From: Gammaproteobacteria bacterium
Lineage (GTDB): Bacteria > Pseudomonadota > Gammaproteobacteria > Eutrophobiales > Eutrophobiaceae
Assembly (NCBI GenBank): GCA_965215365.1
Contig: CBDCDS010000003.1
Span: forward strand, 2,400,001 to 2,464,000
Direction: 5' to 3'
Length of the DNA stretch: 64,000 nucleotides
Under the pieces are notes generated by a model that saw nothing but the letters and a program-made list of their open reading frames with translations, was not told where the DNA came from and searched no databases. Shown here in pieces: positions 10,452 through 19,772 of the stretch; the first letter of the stretch is position 1, and every line of letters begins with the position of its first letter. A program made the translations under genes and the position numbers.

Positions 10452-11825
10452 ATGCGAGTCAACTCCCTGCTCAATGCCACCGCTCCGGTGCAGGATGTGG
10501 AAGTATCCGGCTGGGTCAGGACCAAACGGGATGCGAAGGACTTTTCCTTTATTGAGCTGAACGATGGCTCCTGTCTGGCCAATATTCAGGTCATTGCCGA
10601 GGCGCGGCCGGAGCATTACGAGGCGCTCAGGCACATCGGCACCGGCGCTGCGGTCAAGGTGCGAGGTGACCTGGTGGAGTCGCCGGGGCAGGGGCAGCAG
10701 TGGGAGCTGAGGGCTAGCGCGCTGGCGATCATCGGCGCCGCGCCGGAGGACTATCCGCTACAAAAAAAACGGCATTCCGACGAGTTCCTGCGCGGCATTG
10801 CCCATCTGCGCCCGCGCACCAACAAGTACGGCGCGCTGTTTCGCATCCGCTCGCAGCTGGCGCACGCCATTCACAGCTTCTTGCAGGCGCGCGGCTTTAA
10901 CTGGATTCACACGCCTATCATCACCGGCGCTGACTGCGAAGGCGCCGGGGAACTGTTCAAGGTGACGGCGCTGGACCTGGAGCAGGTGTCACAGCAGGCC
11001 GGCAAGACGGACTTCAGCCGGGATTTCTTTGGCAAGGAGGCGAACCTGACGGTATCGGGGCAACTGGAGGTAGAGGCGTACTGCCTGAGCCTGGGGCGGG
11101 TATATACCTTCGGCCCGACGTTTCGCGCCGAGAACTCCAACACCTCGCGCCACGCCGCCGAGTTCTGGATGATCGAACCGGAAATGGCATTTTCCGACCT
11201 GAATGACAACATGGACTTGAGCGAGGCAATGATCCGCCACTTGGTGAACTTTGTGCGGGAAGAATGCCGCGCCGACCTGAACCTGTTCTGCCGCTTCGTG
11301 GACCAATCCCTGCCGGCCACGCTGGATAACATCGCCGATAACGACTTCGTGCGCCTGCCATACACGGAGGCTGTGGAGATCCTGCAACAAGCCGGGCGCA
11401 GCTTCGAGTTCACCCCGGCCTGGGGCAAGGACCTGCAATCCGAACACGAGCGCTTTCTGACCGAGCAGCACTTCAAGCGACCGGTGATCGTATATGATTA
11501 CCCAAAGGACATCAAGGCGTTCTACATGCGCGGCAACGATGACGGCCGCACGGTGGCGGCCATGGATGTGCTGGCGCCCGCCATCGGCGAGATCATCGGT
11601 GGCAGCCAGCGCGAAGAGCGTTATGACCACCTGCAACAACGCCTGCGGGAACTGGGCTTGGACCCTGCCGATTACTGGTGGTATCTGGACTTGCGCAAAT
11701 ACGGCAGCGTCCCCCACAGTGGCTTTGGCCTGGGCTTCGAGCGGCTGCTGATGCTGCTCACCGGCGTCAGCAACATTCGTGACGTCATCCCATTCCCGCG
11801 CACGCCCGGTAATCTGGAGTTTTGA
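10452..11825 (+). CDS. asnS: Asparagine--tRNA ligase
   Basis: LTVSGQL, FGPTFRAENSNTSRH, EFWMIEPE, GEIIGGSQRE, PHSGFGLGFER. Confidence 0.97.
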   Translation: MRVNSLLNATAPVQDVEVSGWVRTKRDAKDFSFIELNDGSCLANIQVIAEARPEHYEALRHIGTGAAVKVRGDLVESPGQGQQWELRASALAIIGAAPEDYPLQKKRHSDEFLRGIAHLRPRTNKYGALFRIRSQLAHAIHSFLQARGFNWIHTPIITGADCEGAGELFKVTALDLEQVSQQAGKTDFSRDFFGKEANLTVSGQLEVEAYCLSLGRVYTFGPTFRAENSNTSRHAAEFWMIEPEMAFSDLNDNMDLSEAMIRHLVNFVREECRADLNLFCRFVDQSLPATLDNIADNDFVRLPYTEAVEILQQAGRSFEFTPAWGKDLQSEHERFLTEQHFKRPVIVYDYPKDIKAFYMRGNDDGRTVAAMDVLAPAIGEIIGGSQREERYDHLQQRLRELGLDPADYWWYLDLRKYGSVPHSGFGLGFERLLMLLTGVSNIRDVIPFPRTPGNLEF

Positions 11826-11864
11826 GGGTCAGCAGGGATGGACAGGCGCTGTAGCCGGCGCCAT

Positions 11865-13913
11865 TTACCTGCCGGTATTACCGTCAAGCCGACCTTCATG
11901 CCCGCGCAAAAACACTTCCACCGCCGCTAACTCGCTGGTATGTCCCATCTTTGGCAGGCTGTTCAGGAAAGTTCTGCCGTAGGGCTTGGCAGTCAGCCTG
12001 GGGTCGCCGATCATCAGGATGCCGTAGTCGTTGCGGTCACGCAGCAGGCGGCCGATACCTTGTTTCAGGGTCAGCACTGCTTCGGGGACCTGGTATTCCA
12101 AGAACGGATTACGGCCCTGCTCCCGCATGCGGGTCAGCCGGGCGTTCAGGACCGGGTCGCCGGGGGACGCAAACGGCAATTTGTCGATGATCACGCAGGA
12201 CAGCGCCTGGCCGCGCACATCCACGCCTTCCCAGAAACTGCTGGCGCCCAGCAACACCGCATGGGGGGTAGTCCTGAAGGTTTCCAACAGTTCGGTGCGC
12301 GGCGCCTCTCCCTGCACTAGGGTGGGGTAATCCAATGCCGCGCTGACCTGCTCGGCAGCTTCCCGTAGCGCCCGGTGGCTGGTGAACAGGAAAAACGCCC
12401 GCCCCCCGGTCAGGCGTAGTAGCGGCAGCGCTGTTTCCACCAGTCTTGCGGTGAACTGCTGCGATTTGGGCTCGGGCAGGCCCCGGGGCAGGTACAACAG
12501 AGACTGAGCCCGGAAATCGAACGGGCTCTCCCAGCCGCGTGCCGGCGCCTGCTGCAGACCCAGTCGCGCGGAAAAATAGTCAAACCGTTGTGCCACGCTC
12601 AGGGTGGCCGAGGTAAACACGTTCACGCACTTCAGCTCCTCCATGCGCGCGCGGAACAGGTCGGCCACATCCAACGGGGTCTGGTGCAGGTAAAAATGCC
12701 TGCCGCGCAGCTCCAGCCAGTGGATACAGTCGGGCGGCGCGCCCGGCGCGGACAAAGCCTCAGACTGCGACAACAACGCCCGCTGTTCCGCAGCCGCCAG
12801 CGTGCCTGACGCAGGCATGTCCGCTCCTTTTGAGGGTGCGGGGTCAGCATTCTTCACAAACCGCCCCAACAAGGCCAGCGCCGCGCCGGCCCGCTTGCAG
12901 CAGTTATCCAGCGACTTGCCTCTGGCGGCAAAGTCCGATAACGCCTGGCGCACCTTGCCCAGCTGCGCCACCAGCCCCGCCAGCACCGCAGCAACCTCTG
13001 CCCGCTCTTTCACCTCGGCCCAGACCAGCCGGCTGTCCTCCCTGGGAAAGGCCAGACGCAGGTCACGCGCGGCCTTGTCCAGGCCATCCAGCAGCGCTGG
13101 AAAATCCGGCAGGTCTGCCGCTTCCTCATAGTACGCAGTGCGCGCGTCAGACACCAGCTCCAGCAGTTGACGGCTGCTCAAGGTCTCACTGAAAAACTGT
13201 GAGGCCAGTTCCGGCAACTGGTGCGCCTCATCGAAGATGAGCACCTCGACAGACGGCAGCAACTCGCCGTAGCCGGCCTCTTTCAGCACCATGTCAGCCA
13301 GAAACAGATGGTGGTTGACCACGGCCAGATCCGCGTCCACAGCCCGACGGCGGGCGCGGAACACGAAACAGTCGTCGTAGAAATCACACTCCTGGTTCAG
13401 GCAGTTATCCGCGCTGGAAACACAGGCCGTGCGCACCGCTGAGTCTTCCGGGATGTGGGTCAACTCGGCCAGATCACCGCTGTCTGTGCGTTGTGACCAG
13501 GCGCGCATATCAGCCAGATAGCCGCGCGCCTGCCGGCCCAGCCGGTGCCCATCCAGCTCTGCCAGTTGTAACCGGTGCCAGCACAGGTAATTCGCCCGCC
13601 CCTTGAGCAACGCCACCTTGAGTGCCCGCCCCACGGCCTTGCGCACCAGCGGCAGGTCGCGGCTGAACAACTGGTCCTGCAAGTGCTTGGTGCCGGTGGA
13701 GATGATCACCTTATGACCGGACTGCAACGCCGGCACCAGATAGGCAAACGTCTTGCCGGTGCCGGTGCCGGCCTCGCAAATCAGCGTTTCCCCGGCGTCA
13801 ATCGCGGCGCGAATAGCCTCAGCCATTTCCACCTGCTGCGGCCTGACGGAGTAGTCATCGATTAACTCCGCAAGAATCCCTTGCGCGCCCAAGATGTCGG
13901 CTGGTGTTTGCAT
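11865..13913 (-). CDS. yoaA: ATP-dependent DNA helicase, DinG/YoaA family
   Basis: EAGTGTGKT, Fe-S cysteines, DEAH, SAT, WEGVD, QGIGRLLR. Confidence 0.9.
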   Translation of the reverse strand: MQTPADILGAQGILAELIDDYSVRPQQVEMAEAIRAAIDAGETLICEAGTGTGKTFAYLVPALQSGHKVIISTGTKHLQDQLFSRDLPLVRKAVGRALKVALLKGRANYLCWHRLQLAELDGHRLGRQARGYLADMRAWSQRTDSGDLAELTHIPEDSAVRTACVSSADNCLNQECDFYDDCFVFRARRRAVDADLAVVNHHLFLADMVLKEAGYGELLPSVEVLIFDEAHQLPELASQFFSETLSSRQLLELVSDARTAYYEEAADLPDFPALLDGLDKAARDLRLAFPREDSRLVWAEVKERAEVAAVLAGLVAQLGKVRQALSDFAARGKSLDNCCKRAGAALALLGRFVKNADPAPSKGADMPASGTLAAAEQRALLSQSEALSAPGAPPDCIHWLELRGRHFYLHQTPLDVADLFRARMEELKCVNVFTSATLSVAQRFDYFSARLGLQQAPARGWESPFDFRAQSLLYLPRGLPEPKSQQFTARLVETALPLLRLTGGRAFFLFTSHRALREAAEQVSAALDYPTLVQGEAPRTELLETFRTTPHAVLLGASSFWEGVDVRGQALSCVIIDKLPFASPGDPVLNARLTRMREQGRNPFLEYQVPEAVLTLKQGIGRLLRDRNDYGILMIGDPRLTAKPYGRTFLNSLPKMGHTSELAAVEVFLRGHEGRLDGNTGR

Positions 13914-13976
13914 GTGCTGGTTATAAAATCCTTTTGCAGAGTTGGTGACAATTTGCGTGTTTTTGACTTACTGCGT

Positions 13977-16900
13977 TCAGGCCGGTCCGGGTGGGGTGCA
14001 ATCTACCGCGCATACGGAAATTTTTTTTCGTTCCTCATCACTATCAAGCAACCGGCTCAATCGTGCTTCGAGTTCTCTCGGTGTTGCGGGTTTGGGGCCG
14101 CCTTCGGGAGGTGGCGTGGTCTTTTCAGGCCCGAACCAGAATACCAGATATATGCCGTAGCCGTATGCCGTTGGGTCTATGGTGTAGCACTCGATCAGTT
14201 GCTTTTTGAGCCCATGCCAGAGGTCTTTGCTGTCATTGCATTTGATCTCGATGGGGAGGTTATAGCTACCCAATGAAACCCGGATATCCGCCCGTCCTTC
14301 ATTGGCATAACGCCCTTCAGGCTGCGTGTCGACTTGCATGTTTTCGAGCAGCGGCCTGAGGTCGGACAGGAATCGATCGCGACAGGTTTCTTCATGTTGG
14401 CGAGTGACAGGATATTCTCTCCAGTATTGTCGAAAATCATTTGTGTTGCCGTGTTTTATTCGCTCGGCCAATTCCCGAATGCACTCGTGTGTTATGCCAG
14501 CCAGATCGGCAACATTGGCCGGAGGGCCATTATTCAGGGCAGAACGCACCTGCTCCAGGTCGGCATATCTGAACATGGCCTCACGTTTGGCCGTGCGTTG
14601 GCTATGCAGCGTCCGTCTTAACATGGGATGCCATTTTGACAATTGGCCTGATTGGAGCAAAGATTGAATTGCGTCAGTACCTTCGTCCCCCAAGAAAGTG
14701 GCCAGTCGGGAAACCAGTTGCATAACTACCTCTGAGGCATCATCCGAGGTCGAAACAGGCGTATAATAAGGACCCAGCAGCGCCACCATTAGCGACACCC
14801 CCGGTAAAGACAATTTGTCGACAGGCTGCCATTGCTCGCTACGACAGGACAGGAATCCGCTTAAATAACTTATGCATGCTTCTTTCCCTGAGACAAATTC
14901 GGTCAGCCGTTGGGCGAATTGTTCCGGCGCAAGAATGATGCCGGCAGCCATCCATAGTGTGCGCTGTGCCGCGTCCATACTTTTCAAAGAGAGTTTTTTC
15001 TCGGTTAATTGTTTAAGGCTATGATGATCTGCATACTGCAGCGCGGCCGCTAACAGGTCATAAAGCGGAGCAAGTTGTACTGATGTGCTTCGTGCCCGAA
15101 AACTCTCAAGTAGCGGTAGCGCAACAGCGGCGGCCAGCTGTCGGTGATTGTCATCAAAAGCAAGAGCGTAACTGCCGGCAAGATGCGTCTTGCCTGCTCG
15201 CAACGCCATGGTGCCATACATGGTGTAAACTCTGGCTACGAGCTGTGGTCGCTGCAGCAGCAGGGTTTCATACCATTCGCTTTTCTCTGTTGCATCGACG
15301 AAATAGAAGGCCAGCGCTTTTTCGATTTTATCTTCGCTCAGTTGCAGCAGTGTTTGCATCCCGGACCTTGCCAATTCATCCATTCCTGCTCGATAAGGGT
15401 GAGAAGAAACCAGATATTTATTATCTGCGTGCGCTTGTAGTATTTCTTTGACATCCGGGATGTCTTCCCGCTGGATGAAGCGTTGCAGGCCGCTTAACGT
15501 GCTTTGAACCAAGCCAATATCGTTATTAAAAAAGTGTGTCAGGCGTGCGCGCGGATGATCACCTCTCGACTCGATAAAATAACCATAATAGGCTGAGGCT
15601 AATTTGCTGAATAGCGCGGGTTCTGCCGTACCTGCTTCAATCTCTCTTAAGTTGTTCTGCAAATATTGCAGGAACGCCTGTTTGGCCTGTTCTCTCTCAT
15701 TTCTGAGGCGTTTGCGCGCACGGTTGGACTGGCCGTACTCGGGGCTGATTTCCCTTACCCGGTTTACCTCCCAATACTGTTTGAGGCAACGGTCCCTTGC
15801 CACAGCTTCTTCTACCCGTTCTAGGGACATGCCAGCACTTCCGTTTTCTGAAAACAGAGTTGAGAGGCTCTGTGAAAAAAAATATTTACGGGTGTTTTCA
15901 TCATCACAAGTCACAGCCTGAGCAAGACACCAACGGCCATAGTCTTCCGGCAAATCCGAATTAAACAACTGCGCGCTGATTTTAGAGACATAACAGTGTA
16001 AGTCATCTGCCTGCCCGCATTTGTCCAGCAGGGAAGCAACCAGATCTTTTTGAATTTCCGGGTGTTGCTCCAACCATTTTCTAATGCGCGTGGCATCCGG
16101 GCGCCAAAGTAAAATCGAGTCGTACTCATCAAGCCCCAGCCCAAGCCAGCCCAGCAGTCTTGTCGTTGCCACATCGGCGCCGTATTTTTCAACGCCTCTT
16201 GCCAGCAGGTTGCCGACCATGGCCTGATAAGTATCTTCATCAGAATCGCGCCGCGCCGGCACCGGCATCGTTACCAGGGCATCGAGAAGCCGGGGTATCT
16301 GACTATCAGTGGACAGTCTGGTTAACTCATCGCCCCAGAAGGAGTGATATGTGCCAATATAATCCAGCTTTTTTGGGGTTCGATAATAATTGAATATCTC
16401 GTCCGGGGTAATCCGGTGCGGATATTGAGAAAGCAGTAATTGCCCCAAGAGCTCATCATCCGGGTCAGGGATAATATCCCGGTGGATATCCGCCAGGATT
16501 TCCTGCACAGTCTGTTTATCATTGAAACGGAGCAACACTGCTAGCGCCCGTTTCCTGTTTTTCGACCAGCAATCGCGATTTTTAAGCAGACTGGTCAATG
16601 CGCCTGCTAATCCCGGCAGCGCCACGCCGTGAATCATGGACGCCAGCACATAAGCAAGCAGGTATTGATGCGTATCACTGTGGTCACGGGATTTAAGAAT
16701 ACTCAGATATTCCTGCTCCATATCAGTCTGACAAAACGCGCCGAAAGACTGTGTGTTCCGATAATCAACGCCAATATTCCCTGCTTGTTCGGCATAGTTG
16801 CTCAACTCGTGCAATAGTTTAAGACGGTCTCCTTTATTGAACAGACTGACATCGCCGTACAAAACCACTCCGAGCGGGTCGCGTTGCATCAGTTTATCCC

Positions 16901-17585
16901 GCTCAGTATGGCAAAGCGCAGCAATCCAGGCATAAATACCGCGCAATTCGGAAACTGTTCCACCGTCGGCTCCCGTTATGAGCGCTAACACCCGCCCGAC
17001 TGGCAACGCCTCCTGAACGATTTTATTCGATAAATAATAAGCGCCCAGGTATTCCGCAAAAATACGGTGGCTGTATTCAGTGTGTCCATCATGCGTGACG
17101 AACAATCGTGTTCCTGCTACCCGTTGCAGTAAAGCCGGACTGCCATCTGCCAGGTCACCTATAAAGGGATAATCATCATTTGCATTGGACCTTATTAAAG
17201 CAAAGCCTGATTTGCGCGCCAGCAGCATCACTGCGCACAGCATACCGGAGGCCTGCATCAGTTCTTCAGCGGGAGGAGTTTGATTACGGTGAGCAATGTT
17301 ATGAGTTGGATTTTTTTCCAGTAACAATTTTTCGCAGGCCAACCGGAAAACATCTGCTTTCCTTTCAGGCCACTGGCCTCCTTCACCCACGGCTACCACC
17401 AGCATTTCCAGGATTTGCGGGTTTTTGATTAACTCACTCAATCCTCGGTGTTGTGCCCCTTGCAGAAATGAAGATGCGTTAGGCTCTGTTTTATGGTGAT
17501 TCCTGATCAGGACTTGCAGTAAGTCTTCCTCTGTGAGCTCATCTAAGAACAATTCCTTAGTCGGCGCATAATAATTCATAGTCAT
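13977..17585 (-). CDS. Large STAND/NACHT-like protein lacking the N-terminal P-loop; helical body and C-terminal PD-(D/E)XK-like nuclease
   Basis: Begins with the post-Walker-B region (NPQIL helical motif, SHRIFAEYLGAYYL winged-helix motif). C-terminus EETCRDRF...RADIRV...PIEIK...GYGIYLVFWFG. ATG at 17585 overlaps the upstream TGA (ATGA). Confidence 0.7.
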   Translation of the reverse strand: MTMNYYAPTKELFLDELTEEDLLQVLIRNHHKTEPNASSFLQGAQHRGLSELIKNPQILEMLVVAVGEGGQWPERKADVFRLACEKLLLEKNPTHNIAHRNQTPPAEELMQASGMLCAVMLLARKSGFALIRSNANDDYPFIGDLADGSPALLQRVAGTRLFVTHDGHTEYSHRIFAEYLGAYYLSNKIVQEALPVGRVLALITGADGGTVSELRGIYAWIAALCHTERDKLMQRDPLGVVLYGDVSLFNKGDRLKLLHELSNYAEQAGNIGVDYRNTQSFGAFCQTDMEQEYLSILKSRDHSDTHQYLLAYVLASMIHGVALPGLAGALTSLLKNRDCWSKNRKRALAVLLRFNDKQTVQEILADIHRDIIPDPDDELLGQLLLSQYPHRITPDEIFNYYRTPKKLDYIGTYHSFWGDELTRLSTDSQIPRLLDALVTMPVPARRDSDEDTYQAMVGNLLARGVEKYGADVATTRLLGWLGLGLDEYDSILLWRPDATRIRKWLEQHPEIQKDLVASLLDKCGQADDLHCYVSKISAQLFNSDLPEDYGRWCLAQAVTCDDENTRKYFFSQSLSTLFSENGSAGMSLERVEEAVARDRCLKQYWEVNRVREISPEYGQSNRARKRLRNEREQAKQAFLQYLQNNLREIEAGTAEPALFSKLASAYYGYFIESRGDHPRARLTHFFNNDIGLVQSTLSGLQRFIQREDIPDVKEILQAHADNKYLVSSHPYRAGMDELARSGMQTLLQLSEDKIEKALAFYFVDATEKSEWYETLLLQRPQLVARVYTMYGTMALRAGKTHLAGSYALAFDDNHRQLAAAVALPLLESFRARSTSVQLAPLYDLLAAALQYADHHSLKQLTEKKLSLKSMDAAQRTLWMAAGIILAPEQFAQRLTEFVSGKEACISYLSGFLSCRSEQWQPVDKLSLPGVSLMVALLGPYYTPVSTSDDASEVVMQLVSRLATFLGDEGTDAIQSLLQSGQLSKWHPMLRRTLHSQRTAKREAMFRYADLEQVRSALNNGPPANVADLAGITHECIRELAERIKHGNTNDFRQYWREYPVTRQHEETCRDRFLSDLRPLLENMQVDTQPEGRYANEGRADIRVSLGSYNLPIEIKCNDSKDLWHGLKKQLIECYTIDPTAYGYGIYLVFWFGPEKTTPPPEGGPKPATPRELEARLSRLLDSDEERKKISVCAVDCTPPGPA

Positions 17586-18886
17586 ACGAACCACTCTTTC
17601 GGGTCGGTCAGCAAAAAAAAGTCCAGCGGCACACCTTGGGGCCCCACTAAAACTCTATTGTGTGGCTTGAACTGCCGGGTAAAACTGTCCAGCCCGCGAG
17701 CGGGTACTGTGCTGCTTGAGGACTTTACCTCTATGGCGACAATTCGATTCCCCCTGGCCAGGATAAAATCCACTTCGTCATGTCCATGCCGCCAGTAGTA
17801 GAGCTTGCAATCCGGGATGGTGCAGTTATAAAGATGCGCGCCCACGGCGCTTTCTACCAATCGTCCCCAGTAGCTGCGGTCTTGTTGTGCCTCTGCAAAT
17901 GAATAGCCGGATGCTGCACTCATCAACGCCGTATTGAGCACATTGAGTTTAGGGCTGGAGGCACGCCGACGCTGTGGTTGATTGGCATATTTTTCCAGCC
18001 CTGCCAGCAATCCTGCCTGGGTCAGCAAATCCAGGTAATGCGCCAGTGTCGTGGTATTGCCCGCGCCCTGGAGTTGTCCCAGCATCTTGTTGTAGGACAA
18101 CTCCTGCCCTGAATAATGACACCCCAGCTCAAACAGGTTTTTCAACAATATTTTCTTGTCAACCCGGATCATCATGAAAATGTCTTTCCTGATATTCGGT
18201 TCGATTAACGAATCCCGCACATAGCTCGCCCAACGCTGTTCATCGCGAATGTACTGAATGCTGCCGGGATAGCCGCCATAATAAATGTACTGCAGCAGGT
18301 CGATATCAAAGGCGCCATTCATTTCCTCAAATGACCAATGCGTCATGCGTAGCAGTTCAAACCGGCCGGCCAGACTTTCCGTCAGGCCTTGTTGCACCAG
18401 CAGGGGGGCAGAGCCCAGTAAGACGACATGCATGGACCTTTCCAGGGCACGGTCGGCATCCCACAGACCTTTTACCGTCTCCGACCAGTTCTTGATCTTC
18501 TGTATCTCATCCAGTACCAGAACGAAATTTCTTTGCGGGATAGCTTCTGCTTGATTGAGAGGGTCGGGGGGCAGGATGAATTCATCAGCAGCAACACGCG
18601 CCTTTTCCCATTGCGTTACCAGCCAGGTCACATCGTGTTCTGTTGTTCCTGAAGTGATAGCTTTATCGACATCATGCAGAGACGGATAAAGGGTCGGTAG
18701 AGCCGGTTCGCCGATATTATGGTAATGGTAGCAATCAGGCGGATAGTGTTCAGCCAAGGCTCGTTTGACCAGGGTTGTTTTACCAATCTGGCGCGGGCCG
18801 GCAACGATAATTATCCGGCTGACCGGTTCTCGAAGCCGGTCTATTAAGGTTTTTACATGTGTCCGTTGATACGCCATAAACGCCAT
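17582..18886 (-). CDS. AAA_14 ATPase with wHTH and DUF4143 PD-(D/E)XK domain
   Basis: GPRQIGKTT, LVLDEIQ, ESLAGRF, GGYP, EVDFIL...AIEVKS. Confidence 0.9.
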   Translation of the reverse strand: MAFMAYQRTHVKTLIDRLREPVSRIIIVAGPRQIGKTTLVKRALAEHYPPDCYHYHNIGEPALPTLYPSLHDVDKAITSGTTEHDVTWLVTQWEKARVAADEFILPPDPLNQAEAIPQRNFVLVLDEIQKIKNWSETVKGLWDADRALERSMHVVLLGSAPLLVQQGLTESLAGRFELLRMTHWSFEEMNGAFDIDLLQYIYYGGYPGSIQYIRDEQRWASYVRDSLIEPNIRKDIFMMIRVDKKILLKNLFELGCHYSGQELSYNKMLGQLQGAGNTTTLAHYLDLLTQAGLLAGLEKYANQPQRRRASSPKLNVLNTALMSAASGYSFAEAQQDRSYWGRLVESAVGAHLYNCTIPDCKLYYWRHGHDEVDFILARGNRIVAIEVKSSSSTVPARGLDSFTRQFKPHNRVLVGPQGVPLDFFLLTDPKEWFV

Positions 18887-18923
18887 TTTACATCATTGAG
18901 TAAAATTACTCAATGATGTAAAA
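18886..18923. promoter_or_regulatory. Perfect 18-bp inverted repeat (probable operator) abutting the AAA/DUF4143 start codon
   Basis: TTTTACATCATTGAGTAA-AA-TTACTCAATGATGTAAAA. Confidence 0.6.
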
Positions 18924-18947
18924 AAAACGTATTGAGCTGGCGTTATT

Positions 18948-19517
18948 TCAACTTTTTACCCGACTCACGTACTCCCCCGTGCGAGTATCCACCTTGATCT
19001 TTTCTCCCTGCTCCACGAACAGCGGCACCTTGACGGTGGCGCCGGTTTCCAGGGTGGCGGGTTTGGCGCCGCCGGAGGCGGTGTCGCCGCGTACGCCGGG
19101 GTCGGTTTCGGTGATGGTCAGCTCAACGAAGTTAGGCGCTTGTACGGATAGCGGGGCGCCGTCCCACAGGGTTATTGCGCATAGCTCCTCGCCCGTTAGC
19201 CACTGGCCGGCAGCGCCTAGCGCGGCGCTTCCTGCCTCGACCTGTTCATAGGTGTTCAGATCCATGAAATACCAGAGCTCGCCGTCGTTGTAGAGGTACT
19301 GTAACTCCGCATCAACCACATCCGCAGCGGGGACGCTATCGCCGGACTTGTAGGTTTTGTCCAGCACCCGGCCGCTCTTCAGATTGCGGATCCTGATACG
19401 CGTGAACGCCTGCCCCTTGCCCGGCTTGACAAACTCGCTGTCAAGTATGATGCAAGGGTCGCCGTCGATAAGTAACTTCAGGCCCGGCCTGAATTCACTG
19501 GTGCTGTGGTTAACCAT
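18948..19517 (-). CDS. efp: Elongation factor P (PGKG, lysine type)
   Basis: [35 protein letters not shown]; likely start MVNHS (19517). Confidence 0.97.
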   Translation of the reverse strand: MVNHSTSEFRPGLKLLIDGDPCIILDSEFVKPGKGQAFTRIRIRNLKSGRVLDKTYKSGDSVPAADVVDAELQYLYNDGELWYFMDLNTYEQVEAGSAALGAAGQWLTGEELCAITLWDGAPLSVQAPNFVELTITETDPGVRGDTASGGAKPATLETGATVKVPLFVEQGEKIKVDTRTGEYVSRVKS

Positions 19518-19772
19518 TGTGTTCCGTGATAAAAAGAGAAACTTAAAAACTGTCGGCGAGCGCATGGTCACGCAGGCGCAATAGTCAGTTACGACCGCTC
19601 CGTGCTGTTATATAAGGTCACCTCTATTAATCAGATGCGCCCTTATGCTCCCGGCGACGCCCGACTCACTGATGGGACTAACCATACCACGATATAAATA
19701 AAATGCCAGCCGGACGTCATACGAAAACAAGGCATGTGGTAAGATCATGCGCCTGAATATAGAAAGCAAGTA

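Noticed and set aside
18886-18927. Palindrome as the intrinsic terminator of efp
   Set aside because: AT-rich stem, 2-nt loop, and the T-run precedes rather than follows the stem on the efp strand.
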